Virus record (IMG/VR): IMGVR_UViG_3300047564_002155 | Coordinates: 96,001 to 160,000 of that record | Origin: a virus | Direction: 5' to 3' (one strand) | DNA length: 64,000 nucleotides | Shown here: one piece after another, positions 19,799-28,834 of the stretch | Layout: every line of letters starts with the position of its first letter | Numbering within the stretch: the first letter of the stretch is position 1 | The notes under the pieces: generated by a model | Databases searched by the model: none | Seen by the model: the letters and a program-made list of their open reading frames with translations, nothing else | Told to the model about the DNA's origin: nothing | Made by a program: the position numbers and the translations under genes

Positions 19799-20330
19799 TT
19801 TTGATACACGAGTTTGGTATGGGTCAATACAATACGGACCATTCTCCGCTACTAATTGGTTTTCAATTGGTGGTGTAGAACACCCATTATTTAAAACTCT
19901 AATATCAAGGATAAAATCTGAAGTATCGGAAGTATATAACTTTGAGTTATACACTATGGGTGGTATTTTAGAAGATTGGATGAGCTGGGATGTTGACTTT
20001 GCTTTAATAGGTGAATACAAACCAGAACTAATTAAAAAGTGTTTTGAGGGTATTGTTGGTATAGCGTTTGATTTACATTTGTATGTGGATTTACAATATC
20101 AAGAAAAATTATGGCGAATTGATGAATTCTCAAAAACAGGTCAACTAAACGAAATACACGAAAACTACGAATTATCAAACTATTTTGTAAGAGATGGTCA
20201 GATTGAAGACCTCAGCCACTATCAATTGGTTGATGGAATCTACAAGCGTAATGTAATATATCCATTTCCAAAACACATTGAAAAATATGCAGAAGGTTAT
20301 GTTTATAAATCACCACTTCGTTTGGTTTAA
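19788..20330 (+). CDS. Putative nucleotidyltransferase-fold protein
   Basis: LYTMGGILEDWMSWDVDFAL ... YVDLQY matches the hG[GS]x9-13DhD...D pattern of the Pol-beta NTase superfamily. Confidence 0.45.
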   Translation: MVNDFDTRVWYGSIQYGPFSATNWFSIGGVEHPLFKTLISRIKSEVSEVYNFELYTMGGILEDWMSWDVDFALIGEYKPELIKKCFEGIVGIAFDLHLYVDLQYQEKLWRIDEFSKTGQLNEIHENYELSNYFVRDGQIEDLSHYQLVDGIYKRNVIYPFPKHIEKYAEGYVYKSPLRLV

Positions 20331-20332
20331 GA

Positions 20333-20364
20333 TTTGGATAATTCAAAATAAAGTCGTATATTAG
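20333..20364 (+). promoter_or_regulatory. Bacteroidota-type promoter
   Basis: TTTG-N20-TATATTAG; ATG 5 nt downstream. Confidence 0.7.
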
Positions 20365-20369
20365 TGTCT

Positions 20370-21728
20370 ATGGAAAAATTCGGAAGTAAATACGGAACCT
20401 CGTTCCAAAATAAAATTATATCGGCGCTGTTAGGTGATAGGAGTTTTTCTCGCCAAGTATTTGACATCCTAAAACCAGAATACTTTGATTCAGAATCATC
20501 GGAGTGGCTGGTTCGTGAGGTTATGTCTTATGTTGAAGAATACGAAAAACTACCAACGCTGGATGTGTTGAAAGTCCGAATCAATACCATAGATAGGGAT
20601 GTTCTAAAAACAACTGTTGTAGACACACTTAAATTTGCGTGGAATCACCTTGAAAGTGATGACTTGGAGTATGTTAAAGAACAAACCCTTGACTTTTGTA
20701 AAAATCAATGTATTAAGAATGCTATCCTTGATTCCGTAGAGTTATTAGAACAAGGTAAGTATGAAGTGATTAAAAAGAAAGTTGATGATGCTATGAAAGC
20801 AGGTCAAGATTCTGATTTAGGTCACGAATACAAAACTATGATTACTGAACGATACGAAGATTCTATCAGAAATGTAGTATCAACGGGATGGCAGGTTATT
20901 GATGAAATTACGCAAGGTGGTTTTGGAAAAGGTGAGTTGGTTTTATTTGCCGCCCCTCCTGGCATCGGTAAGTCGTGGTCTTTAGTTAACATCGGCGTGG
21001 CGGCTATGAAATTAGGTAAGACTGTGGCTCACTACACCCTTGAATTAAATGAAGGGTATGTAGGACAAAGATACGATGCTGTTTTGAGTAAGATTGCAGT
21101 TGCAAATCTGAAATACAATATGGAAGATGTTAAAAAATCAGTTACGAGTGTAAAAGGAGACCTGATTGTAAAACATTACCCAACCAAAACCGCCAGCGTG
21201 ACTTCATTGAAAGCCCATATGGATAAGATGATTTTACAAGGTAAAAAACCTGATGTTGTAATAGTGGACTACGCTGACCTACTTCGTGGACCATCAAATA
21301 AGGAACGACACGAAGAATTAGAGACTATTTTTGAAGACTTGAGGGGTATGGCTGGTGAGTATGAAGTCCCTATCTATACAGCATCTCAAATCAATCGTAG
21401 TGGAGCAGAAGATGACATTATTACAGGCACAAAAATCGCAGGTTCATTCTCCAAAATGATGACTGCTGACTTTGTAGTATCCCTTTCTCGTAAGATTGAA
21501 GACAAACTTGCTGGGACAGGAAGATGGCACGTTATTAAGAATCGTTTTGGTCCTGATGGTATGACTTTCCCATCAAAAGCTAACTTCTCTACGGGCGAAA
21601 TTTCCATCTATAATGAAGATTCCATTTCTGGTCAACAAACCAAAAAAGAGATGAAAGGTGGGGAGAGTTTAGTAAGAAAAGAACTTGCTCAAAAATATAA
21701 AGAAATGAAGGGTGAAATAGATTTTTAA
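20370..21728 (+). CDS. Replicative DnaB-like helicase (gp41-like)
   Basis: Walker A APPGIGKS, YTLEL, VIVDYADLL, TASQINR, IKNRFGPDG. Confidence 0.93.
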   Translation: MEKFGSKYGTSFQNKIISALLGDRSFSRQVFDILKPEYFDSESSEWLVREVMSYVEEYEKLPTLDVLKVRINTIDRDVLKTTVVDTLKFAWNHLESDDLEYVKEQTLDFCKNQCIKNAILDSVELLEQGKYEVIKKKVDDAMKAGQDSDLGHEYKTMITERYEDSIRNVVSTGWQVIDEITQGGFGKGELVLFAAPPGIGKSWSLVNIGVAAMKLGKTVAHYTLELNEGYVGQRYDAVLSKIAVANLKYNMEDVKKSVTSVKGDLIVKHYPTKTASVTSLKAHMDKMILQGKKPDVVIVDYADLLRGPSNKERHEELETIFEDLRGMAGEYEVPIYTASQINRSGAEDDIITGTKIAGSFSKMMTADFVVSLSRKIEDKLAGTGRWHVIKNRFGPDGMTFPSKANFSTGEISIYNEDSISGQQTKKEMKGGESLVRKELAQKYKEMKGEIDF

Positions 21729-21785
21729 CTACTATGTATATTCACCCACACCAAAATATGTCTAACAATTTAACGGAGAAATCGC

Positions 21786-22778
21786 ATGTCACTATTTGAT
21801 GAACGAATCCCATACAAACCCTTTGAGTATCCTGTTTACTATACCGAAGGTTGGCTGAAACAAGCTCAAGCATTCTGGCTACACACCGAAATCCCAATGC
21901 AAGGGGATGTGAAAGATTGGAATGAAAATATGTCAGTTTCCGAAAAAAACTTGGTAGGAAACATTCTTTTAGGATTCGCTCAAACTGAATGTGCTGTCTC
22001 TGATTATTGGACTACAATGGTAACCAATTGGTTTCCAAAGCACGAAATCAAACAAATGGCTATGATGTTTGGTTCACAAGAAACTATTCACGCTACGGCT
22101 TACTCATATTTAAACGAAACTCTTGGTCTTGAAGACTTTGAAGCGTTCCTACACGAGCCCGCTACTGCTGAAAAGTTTGAATTGTTGATTCAGACCAAAG
22201 CAGAGTACAACCACGAAGATTTAAAGTGGAACAAAGACGCACGAGAGGATGTTGCTCGTTCACTTGCAATCTTCTCCGCTTTTGCAGAAGGTGTATCACT
22301 TTACTCATCATTTGCGGTTCTTTACTCATTCCAAATGAGAAATCTTTTGAAGGGTATTGGTCAACAAATGAAGTGGTCGGTTCGTGATGAATCACTACAC
22401 TCAAAAATGGGATGCCAACTTTTCAGACATATGTGTGATGAGTTTCCTGGTCTGAAGGGTGATGTTAGAGATTCAGTTATTGAAGCAGCTGAGCTAATTG
22501 TAAAGTTGGAAGAAAACTTTATTGACAAAATGTTTGAAATGGGTGACCTTGAAAATCTTAACTCAAAAGATTTAAAAAACTTCATCCGTAAGCGTGCTAA
22601 TGAAAAATTAGTGGAGTTGGGATACGAACCTCACTTCAACTACGAAAAGGAATCTGCTGATGAATTAGAGTGGTTCTATCACTTAACAGGTGGTTTGACT
22701 CATACCGACTTCTTTGCACTCCGACCAACCGATTACTCCAAGGCTAACGAGGGTGAAAATTGGGATGATATATTCTAA
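21786..22778 (+). CDS. nrdB: Ribonucleotide reductase class Ia beta subunit
   Basis: ETIHATAYS, AEGVSLYSSF, RDESLH di-iron ligands; TDFF near the C-terminus. Confidence 0.95.
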   Translation: MSLFDERIPYKPFEYPVYYTEGWLKQAQAFWLHTEIPMQGDVKDWNENMSVSEKNLVGNILLGFAQTECAVSDYWTTMVTNWFPKHEIKQMAMMFGSQETIHATAYSYLNETLGLEDFEAFLHEPATAEKFELLIQTKAEYNHEDLKWNKDAREDVARSLAIFSAFAEGVSLYSSFAVLYSFQMRNLLKGIGQQMKWSVRDESLHSKMGCQLFRHMCDEFPGLKGDVRDSVIEAAELIVKLEENFIDKMFEMGDLENLNSKDLKNFIRKRANEKLVELGYEPHFNYEKESADELEWFYHLTGGLTHTDFFALRPTDYSKANEGENWDDIF

Positions 22779-22787
22779 ATAAATTAT

Positions 22788-23096
22788 ATGAAAACATTTG
22801 ATGAACTAATTGAAAACATCACTCAATGGGCTGATGATAAGGGAATCCTATCCCAAGAAAATGCTCCAAAACAATCTATGAAGGTTGTAGAGGAGTTAGG
22901 AGAAACGATGGGAGCAATCCTAAAAAGTAAAGATGAAGAAATTAAAGATGGATTGGGTGATACTTTTGTCACTTTGATTATTCTGTCTAAACAATTAGGA
23001 TACGAACCATCCGAATGTTTAGAAGCTGCGTGGAATGAAATCAAAGACCGAAAAGGTAAAACTCAAAACGGAATTTTTGTAAAAGAGGAAAACTAA
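22788..23096 (+). CDS. MazG-like NTP pyrophosphohydrolase
   Basis: KVVEELGE...EIKDGLGD...AWNEIKDRKGK. Confidence 0.85.
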   Translation: MKTFDELIENITQWADDKGILSQENAPKQSMKVVEELGETMGAILKSKDEEIKDGLGDTFVTLIILSKQLGYEPSECLEAAWNEIKDRKGKTQNGIFVKEEN

Positions 23097-24883
23097 TGGC
23101 TAAGAATTATGGTGAAGAGCTAGGGTGGGAACTTGGTGTAGATTTCCCAATTTGGGGTAATACTGAAATTTATGTTAAAACAATCTCAAAGGGATACTTA
23201 CTCGCAGGAGAAACCCCAAAAGACGCATATTGGAGGGTATCAACCGCTGTTGCACGCAGGTTGGGTAAACCTCATCTTGCTAGCAAGTTTTTTGATTATA
23301 TTTGGCGTGGCTGGCTTAACCTTGCTACTCCTGTACTTTCTAATACTGGCACCGATAGGGGTCTTCCGATATCTTGTTTCGGTATTGATGTCGGTGATTC
23401 AATCCAAGAAATTGGTACGAAAAACCTTGAAATGATGCTACTCGCCAAACACGGTGGCGGTGTTGGTATTGGTGTAAATCAGATTAGAGCGGCTGGTAGT
23501 AAAATCACCGGAAACGGAACATCTGATGGTGTAGTTCCATTTTGTAAAATCTACGACTCAACGATTCTCGCTACAAGCCAAGGGTCAGTTCGTAGGGGAG
23601 CTGCTTCAATCAACCTAAACATTGAACACGGTGATTTTGATGAGTGGATTGAAATTCGTGAACCAAAGGGTGATGTAAACCGCCAGTCTTTGAACCTACA
23701 CCAAGCGGTAATCATCGGTGATAAGTTTATGAGAAAACTTGAAGAGGGTGACGCTGAAGCAAGACGCAAGTGGGGTAAGGTTCTTCAAAAGAGAAAAGCT
23801 ACTGGCGAACCTTATATTATGTTTAAGGGTAATGTAAACAAGAACAACCCCGAAGCATACAAACAAAATGGGTTGAAAGTCTTTATGACTAACATTTGTT
23901 CGGAGATTACACTTCACACGGATGAATCACACTCTTTTGTATGTTGTTTATCATCAGTCAATTTGGCTAAATACGATGAGTGGAAAGACACCGACCTTAT
24001 CTACACCGCAATTTGGTTTTTGGATGGTGTATTGGAAGAATTCATTCAGAGAGCCAAGAATATGAGAGGATTTGAAAATTCTATCCGTTCTGCTGAAAAG
24101 GGCCGTGCTTTAGGACTTGGAGTTCTTGGATGGCATACTTACTTACAACAACGAGGTCTACCATTTGAAGGTCTACAAGGTCAGTTTGAAACTCGTAGAA
24201 TTTTTTCTGGCATTCGTATTGAAGCTGAAAGAGCAAGTAGAGATATGGCTGAAGAATATGGTGAACCACTATGGTGTGTTGGTACGGGTATGAGAAATAC
24301 TCACTTGATGGCTATCGCTCCGACTGTATCAAACTCAAAATTGAGTGGTAATGTATCTGCTGGAATTGAACCTTGGGCTGCAAATGTATTTACGGAACAA
24401 ACCGCTAAAGGAACTTTTATTCGTAGAAACCCTGAATTGGAAAAGGTATTCCGTAAAATTGGTATCAACAATAAAGATACTTGGGATAAAATTTTACAAG
24501 ATGGTGGTTCAGTTCAAGATATTGCTGAATTAGACAATTGGGGATACCTCAATGGTAAGTTAACCAATCGTTCAGATATGACCGAATCTAATTTTCAAAA
24601 TAAAGAAATTGATTGGGTAAAGGATGTATTCAAAACATTCAAAGAAATTAACCAATTAGATTTGGTAAAACAAGCTGGAATTCGCCAACAATATGTGGAC
24701 CAATCGGTTTCTCTAAATCTGGCGTTTCCATCTCAAGCAACTCCAAAGTGGATTAACCAAGTCCATATGGAAGCTTGGAAGCAGGGAATTAAAACCTTGT
24801 ATTATATGAGAACGGAGTCGGTTCTTCGTGGTGATATCGCTATAAAAGCTACCGACCCTGATTGTTTAAGTTGTGATGGATAG
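23096..24883 (+). CDS. nrdA: Ribonucleotide reductase class Ia alpha subunit
   Basis: ATPVLSN, ISCF, GGGVG, TNICSEI, AIAPT, DQSVSLNL, KTLYY, C-terminal CLSCDG. Confidence 0.96.
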   Translation: MAKNYGEELGWELGVDFPIWGNTEIYVKTISKGYLLAGETPKDAYWRVSTAVARRLGKPHLASKFFDYIWRGWLNLATPVLSNTGTDRGLPISCFGIDVGDSIQEIGTKNLEMMLLAKHGGGVGIGVNQIRAAGSKITGNGTSDGVVPFCKIYDSTILATSQGSVRRGAASINLNIEHGDFDEWIEIREPKGDVNRQSLNLHQAVIIGDKFMRKLEEGDAEARRKWGKVLQKRKATGEPYIMFKGNVNKNNPEAYKQNGLKVFMTNICSEITLHTDESHSFVCCLSSVNLAKYDEWKDTDLIYTAIWFLDGVLEEFIQRAKNMRGFENSIRSAEKGRALGLGVLGWHTYLQQRGLPFEGLQGQFETRRIFSGIRIEAERASRDMAEEYGEPLWCVGTGMRNTHLMAIAPTVSNSKLSGNVSAGIEPWAANVFTEQTAKGTFIRRNPELEKVFRKIGINNKDTWDKILQDGGSVQDIAELDNWGYLNGKLTNRSDMTESNFQNKEIDWVKDVFKTFKEINQLDLVKQAGIRQQYVDQSVSLNLAFPSQATPKWINQVHMEAWKQGIKTLYYMRTESVLRGDIAIKATDPDCLSCDG

Positions 24884-24893
24884 AGATATAAAA

Positions 24894-25892
24894 ATGAAAC
24901 ATAAAGTAGAATATGTTTGGTTAGATGGTTATAAGCCAGAACCAAACCTCCGCTCTAAAACAAAGATTGTAGATGGTGCTGGTGGGTTGAAATTAGAAGA
25001 TTTGCCTGAATGGGGATTTGATGGTTCATCAACCCAACAGGCGGAAGGACACTTTTCGGATTGTCTTCTAAAACCTGTAAAGTTGGTGATAGACCCACAA
25101 CGAACCAATGGTTGGATTGTATTGTGTGAAGTTCTGAATCCAGATGGAACACCACACCCATCAAATATGAGAGCACACTTGGAAGACCATCCAAATAATT
25201 GGTATGGGTTTGAGCAAGAATACACTTTTGTAGAAGATGGTAGACCGGTCGGATTCCCCAAAGATGGATACCCTGCACCACAAGGACAATACTATTGTGG
25301 AGTTGGTGGTGGATTGGTATCTGCAAGAAATGTAGTTGAAGAACACTTGGTTGTGTGTTTAGCTGCAGGATTAGATATTACCGGTATCAACGCTGAAGTG
25401 ATGTTGGGGCAATGGGAGTTCCAAGTTATGGGTAAGGGTAATAAGGATGCTTGCGACCAATTGTGGATTGCAAGATACTTTCTACATAGAATTTCCGAAG
25501 ACTATGATTTTAAAGTAGAGTTTCATCCAAAACCAATGGTTGGTGATTGGAATGGTTCCGGTCTACATACTAACTTCTCAACCAAAGAAATGAGAGAAGT
25601 AGGTGGTAAAGAACTATTTGATAATATCTTTTCAGCATTTGAAAGAAACCATATCAAGCACATTGCAAACTATGGTTCATCAAACGAAATGAGATTGACC
25701 GGTAGACACGAAACTCAATCAATTGATAAGTTCAGTTGGGGAGTTTCGGATAGAGGTTCTTCTATCCGAGTTCCACAAGCAACTGCTAAAGAGTGGATTG
25801 GTTACTTGGAAGATAGAAGACCTGCGTCAAACGCTGACCCCTACCGAATCGTAAGGGTTATTGAACAATCTTTGAAAGAGGTAAATTTATGA
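24894..25892 (+). CDS. glnII: Glutamine synthetase type II
   Basis: EYVWLDG, WGFDGSST.QA, GFEQEY, INAEVMLGQWEFQ, HPKP..GDWNGSGLHTNFST, RLTGRHET, YLEDRRPASNADPY. Confidence 0.95.
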   Translation: MKHKVEYVWLDGYKPEPNLRSKTKIVDGAGGLKLEDLPEWGFDGSSTQQAEGHFSDCLLKPVKLVIDPQRTNGWIVLCEVLNPDGTPHPSNMRAHLEDHPNNWYGFEQEYTFVEDGRPVGFPKDGYPAPQGQYYCGVGGGLVSARNVVEEHLVVCLAAGLDITGINAEVMLGQWEFQVMGKGNKDACDQLWIARYFLHRISEDYDFKVEFHPKPMVGDWNGSGLHTNFSTKEMREVGGKELFDNIFSAFERNHIKHIANYGSSNEMRLTGRHETQSIDKFSWGVSDRGSSIRVPQATAKEWIGYLEDRRPASNADPYRIVRVIEQSLKEVNL

Positions 25893-26455
25893 TTATTATT
25901 GATAATTTTATTAAAGACCAAGAGTTTCTAAACAAGATTAGAAACGACAAAACTTTTTTTGATACAAAAGGATATCATTGGTGGGATGGTTGGTGGAGTT
26001 CTCCAGCGGATACTATCAAAAAACAATTGATTGAGTATATTTGGAGAGATAATTGTCCACCGGACCACATCTATGAATTGTATGGGTTTGAGTATTGGAT
26101 TGGAACGTATTCAGCATCCGAAGTTGGTGATGGTAATACTGACAATCTAAATATGCACTTTGATAAAGATGAGTTTTGGTTCAAAGAGACTGGTGAGTTA
26201 CGAGTCCCTATTATGGGTACGGTTTTCTATCCGTGGGAACACGATATTGATGGTGGATACCTTGAAGTATTTTCAAAAGAAGGTGAAGAGCCAGAACGAA
26301 TTGCTGCCGTTCCAAATAGGTTGATTATTTTTCCTGCTGGAAAGTATCCACATAAAGTTACTCAAGTGACTCGTGGAACCAGATACGCAATTGCAATTAA
26401 TTTGTGGGATGTTCTACCGTCTGGAGTTTCCAACGGGCAAATGATGTATGAATGA
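25889..26455 (+). CDS. 2OG-Fe(II) oxygenase
   Basis: HFD ... GGYL ... NRLIIF ... HKVT ... RYAI (HxD...H...R). Confidence 0.85.
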   Translation: MIIIDNFIKDQEFLNKIRNDKTFFDTKGYHWWDGWWSSPADTIKKQLIEYIWRDNCPPDHIYELYGFEYWIGTYSASEVGDGNTDNLNMHFDKDEFWFKETGELRVPIMGTVFYPWEHDIDGGYLEVFSKEGEEPERIAAVPNRLIIFPAGKYPHKVTQVTRGTRYAIAINLWDVLPSGVSNGQMMYE

Positions 26456-26670
26456 TAACATTTAGAATGTCGTTACGAGGAGAATCACACCCACAACATA
26501 AACTAACGGAAGACCAAGTAAAATCTATTCGTAAGTTGTGGGCTATTGGGCATAGAAACATTCGTGTTCTTGCACGAAACAATGGCGTATCATCCGCTAA
26601 CATTCGTAAGATTGTAAAAGGTGAAACTTGGACTCATATTCTTTTTGGTGAATTCAATGACTACCAATGA
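26452..26670 (+). CDS. Small helix-turn-helix protein (homing-endonuclease-type DNA-binding domain, standalone)
   Basis: GESHPQHKLTEDQVKSIR...LARNNGVSSANIRKIVKGETWTH. Confidence 0.7.
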   Translation: MITFRMSLRGESHPQHKLTEDQVKSIRKLWAIGHRNIRVLARNNGVSSANIRKIVKGETWTHILFGEFNDYQ

Positions 26671-27428
26671 AAGTAGAAGGTAAGATATATTTTGACCCAT
26701 CCAAATTTTCAGTAAGACCTATTGCAAAATCAGTTGCAAAGGACATTATTGTAAACAACCATTATAGTGGTATTTGGACAAAAGTATCTTATGCTTTAGG
26801 GCTTTTTTACAAGTCGGAAACGGAACACCAATTTTTTAGTGGAGTCAACGAAGAGTTGGTCGGAGTTGCTACTTATGGAGACCCCATCGGTAGACATTCC
26901 GGCCAATCTATTTCGCCACTACTTGACCGAACTGAAGTCCTTGAACTTACACGACTATTTGTTTTTGATGGCTATGGGTGTAATGTAGAGAGTTGGTTTG
27001 TTAGTCAGACCTTTAAGTGGTTAAGGGAAAACGCCCCACACATTAGAGGGTTGATTTCATACTCTGACCCCAAGGTAGGTCATAAGGGGACGGTTTATAT
27101 GTCTACCAATTGGATTTATCAAGGTAATCGTATTAGACCCAACGACTCGTGGTTATTCAAGTGGGAAGAGGGTGGTGAGTGGACACATTCACGAACATCA
27201 TATGTAAAGTTTGGAACCAATAATCCAAAAAAAATCCAAGAGATGACCGCCGCTCCATTTTGGATAAAAAAGGAACTTCGCAAACATCGGTATGTTTATA
27301 TTTTGGATAATTCAAAAAAAAGTCGTATATTGAAGAACCTAAAATATCCATCATTACCATATCCAACGGAAAACGAGGAGTTCATAGAAGAAATCTACAA
27401 ATTAGACCCAATTGAAAGAGGACAATAA
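26667..27428 (+). CDS. Mom-like GNAT-fold DNA modification protein (copy 1)
   Basis: NHYS, ELTRL, NVESWF, ISYSDP..GHKGTVY.STNW, KHRY. Confidence 0.8.
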   Translation: MKVEGKIYFDPSKFSVRPIAKSVAKDIIVNNHYSGIWTKVSYALGLFYKSETEHQFFSGVNEELVGVATYGDPIGRHSGQSISPLLDRTEVLELTRLFVFDGYGCNVESWFVSQTFKWLRENAPHIRGLISYSDPKVGHKGTVYMSTNWIYQGNRIRPNDSWLFKWEEGGEWTHSRTSYVKFGTNNPKKIQEMTAAPFWIKKELRKHRYVYILDNSKKSRILKNLKYPSLPYPTENEEFIEEIYKLDPIERGQ

Positions 27429-28206
27429 GACATATGTAGACACTTCACGAGTTACCATTCGTGAAATCAACAAAGCCATCGCAAAGGATATGATTGTGAC
27501 CTATCACTATTCCCACGCTTGGACTATGTGTAGATACGCATTGGGTATTTTTTACAAAACCGATGAAAAGGACATTCTTGGAAATGATGAGCAATTGATT
27601 GGAGTTGCTGTGTATGGATTTCCTGTTGGTAGGTCGGCTGTGACCTCTATCATTGATGGGTTGGGTAATGACCAATGTTTGGAGCTAACACGATTGTTCA
27701 TCCACGATGGTTATGGGTCAAATATTGAATCATACGCATTGGGACAAACATTTAAGTGGATGAGGGAACACGCCCCCAACATCAAAATGTTATTGTCGTA
27801 TTCAGACCCATTCCAAGGTCATTTGGGTGGTATCTATCGTGCTACCAATTGGTTATTCCAAGACACCAACAAAATCCAATTGATGCCGAACTATGGTATT
27901 TCATTAGAAGGTGAAAATGGAACTTATATTCACTCACGAACTGTATTTTCAAAGTGGGGCTCGCATAATCTTGAACATTTGAAAACTGAAATTGGTAAGG
28001 ATGGGTATAAAGAGTTCTGGCGTAGAAAAGAAATGTCTAAACTACGATACATTCAGATTCTACCAACAAACAAAGGTGAGAAGAAGAAACTGATGAACTC
28101 ACTTAAACATCCGTGTGAAACTCCACCAAAGGATATCAGCGACATCTTACCAAAGAGTGAACGATACGAAACTTACGAGCCAGAAAATATGGTTAGTTTT
28201 TGGTAG
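27412..28206 (+). CDS. Mom-like GNAT-fold DNA modification protein (copy 2)
   Basis: YHYSH, ELTRL, NIESY, LSYSDP..GHLGGIYRATNW, KLRY. Confidence 0.8.
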   Translation: MKEDNKTYVDTSRVTIREINKAIAKDMIVTYHYSHAWTMCRYALGIFYKTDEKDILGNDEQLIGVAVYGFPVGRSAVTSIIDGLGNDQCLELTRLFIHDGYGSNIESYALGQTFKWMREHAPNIKMLLSYSDPFQGHLGGIYRATNWLFQDTNKIQLMPNYGISLEGENGTYIHSRTVFSKWGSHNLEHLKTEIGKDGYKEFWRRKEMSKLRYIQILPTNKGEKKKLMNSLKHPCETPPKDISDILPKSERYETYEPENMVSFW

Positions 28207-28233
28207 ACTTTGACCAAAAAAATACTAAATAAT

Positions 28234-28264
28234 TTTGGCAGTTCAAAAATATTTCGTATATTTG
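28234..28264 (+). promoter_or_regulatory. Bacteroidota-type promoter
   Basis: TTTG-N19-TATATTTG. Confidence 0.8.
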
Positions 28265-28274
28265 TATAGTAATG

Positions 28275-28317
28275 ATTGAGAAAGTTCTCCGATTCTCAAT
28301 TTAGTAAACAGGAGAGT
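28275..28317 (+). promoter_or_regulatory. Putative H-type pseudoknot in a 5' leader
   Basis: Stem ATTGAGAA/TTCTCAAT (28275-28282/28293-28300); loop GTTCTCC can pair with GGAGAGT (28311-28317). Confidence 0.4.
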
Positions 28318-28336
28318 AATTTTAAAAACCCCCACG

Positions 28337-28831
28337 ATGAGTAATTATCACAAGCGAGTTCCCTTCCACTCCCTAAACGAAGGTCAAATTGAATATCATC
28401 CCATTTTGAGTGGTATTCGGTATCAACAAAACAAAAAAAGTTTTACAACTTACAATGTTAAAAGTAGGTTAGCTGCTGCAATCTACGAGAACAATGGTAA
28501 CTGGGATGTTATGTTATGTCCAGCCGGTGCTAGACCCGATGGTTCAACTAATCATTCTCAAAATCATTCCACGGTAAAGGCTGACGCTCCGTTGTTACTT
28601 CAATATCTTAAAATTAAAGGATTTGACAACAGAAACCGAAATCTTAAATTTAAAGACCTTCCTTTTTCTTTTGAAAAATTTGAAGACGCATTAGCTTGTT
28701 TTCAACTTTATGAAGAAGTGGTTTTAAATACACCACTATTGGATTTGGATAAAGTTAATTTACAATCAAATCCTTGGACAAAACGAGATTTTGAAAATTT
28801 AAAAAATAATCGTATATTTGTTAACCAATAA
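28337..28831 (+). CDS. Hypothetical protein
   Basis: 164-aa ORF downstream of its own promoter. Confidence 0.65.
   Translation: MSNYHKRVPFHSLNEGQIEYHPILSGIRYQQNKKSFTTYNVKSRLAAAIYENNGNWDVMLCPAGARPDGSTNHSQNHSTVKADAPLLLQYLKIKGFDNRNRNLKFKDLPFSFEKFEDALACFQLYEEVVLNTPLLDLDKVNLQSNPWTKRDFENLKNNRIFVNQ
28790..28820 (+). promoter_or_regulatory. Bacteroidota-type promoter inside the 3' end of the preceding gene
   Basis: TTTG-N19-TATATTTG. Confidence 0.65.
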
Positions 28832-28834
28832 AAA

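Noticed and set aside
21729-21785. NrdR box upstream of nrdB
   Set aside because: Only a loose AT-rich resemblance, no convincing palindrome or tandem pair
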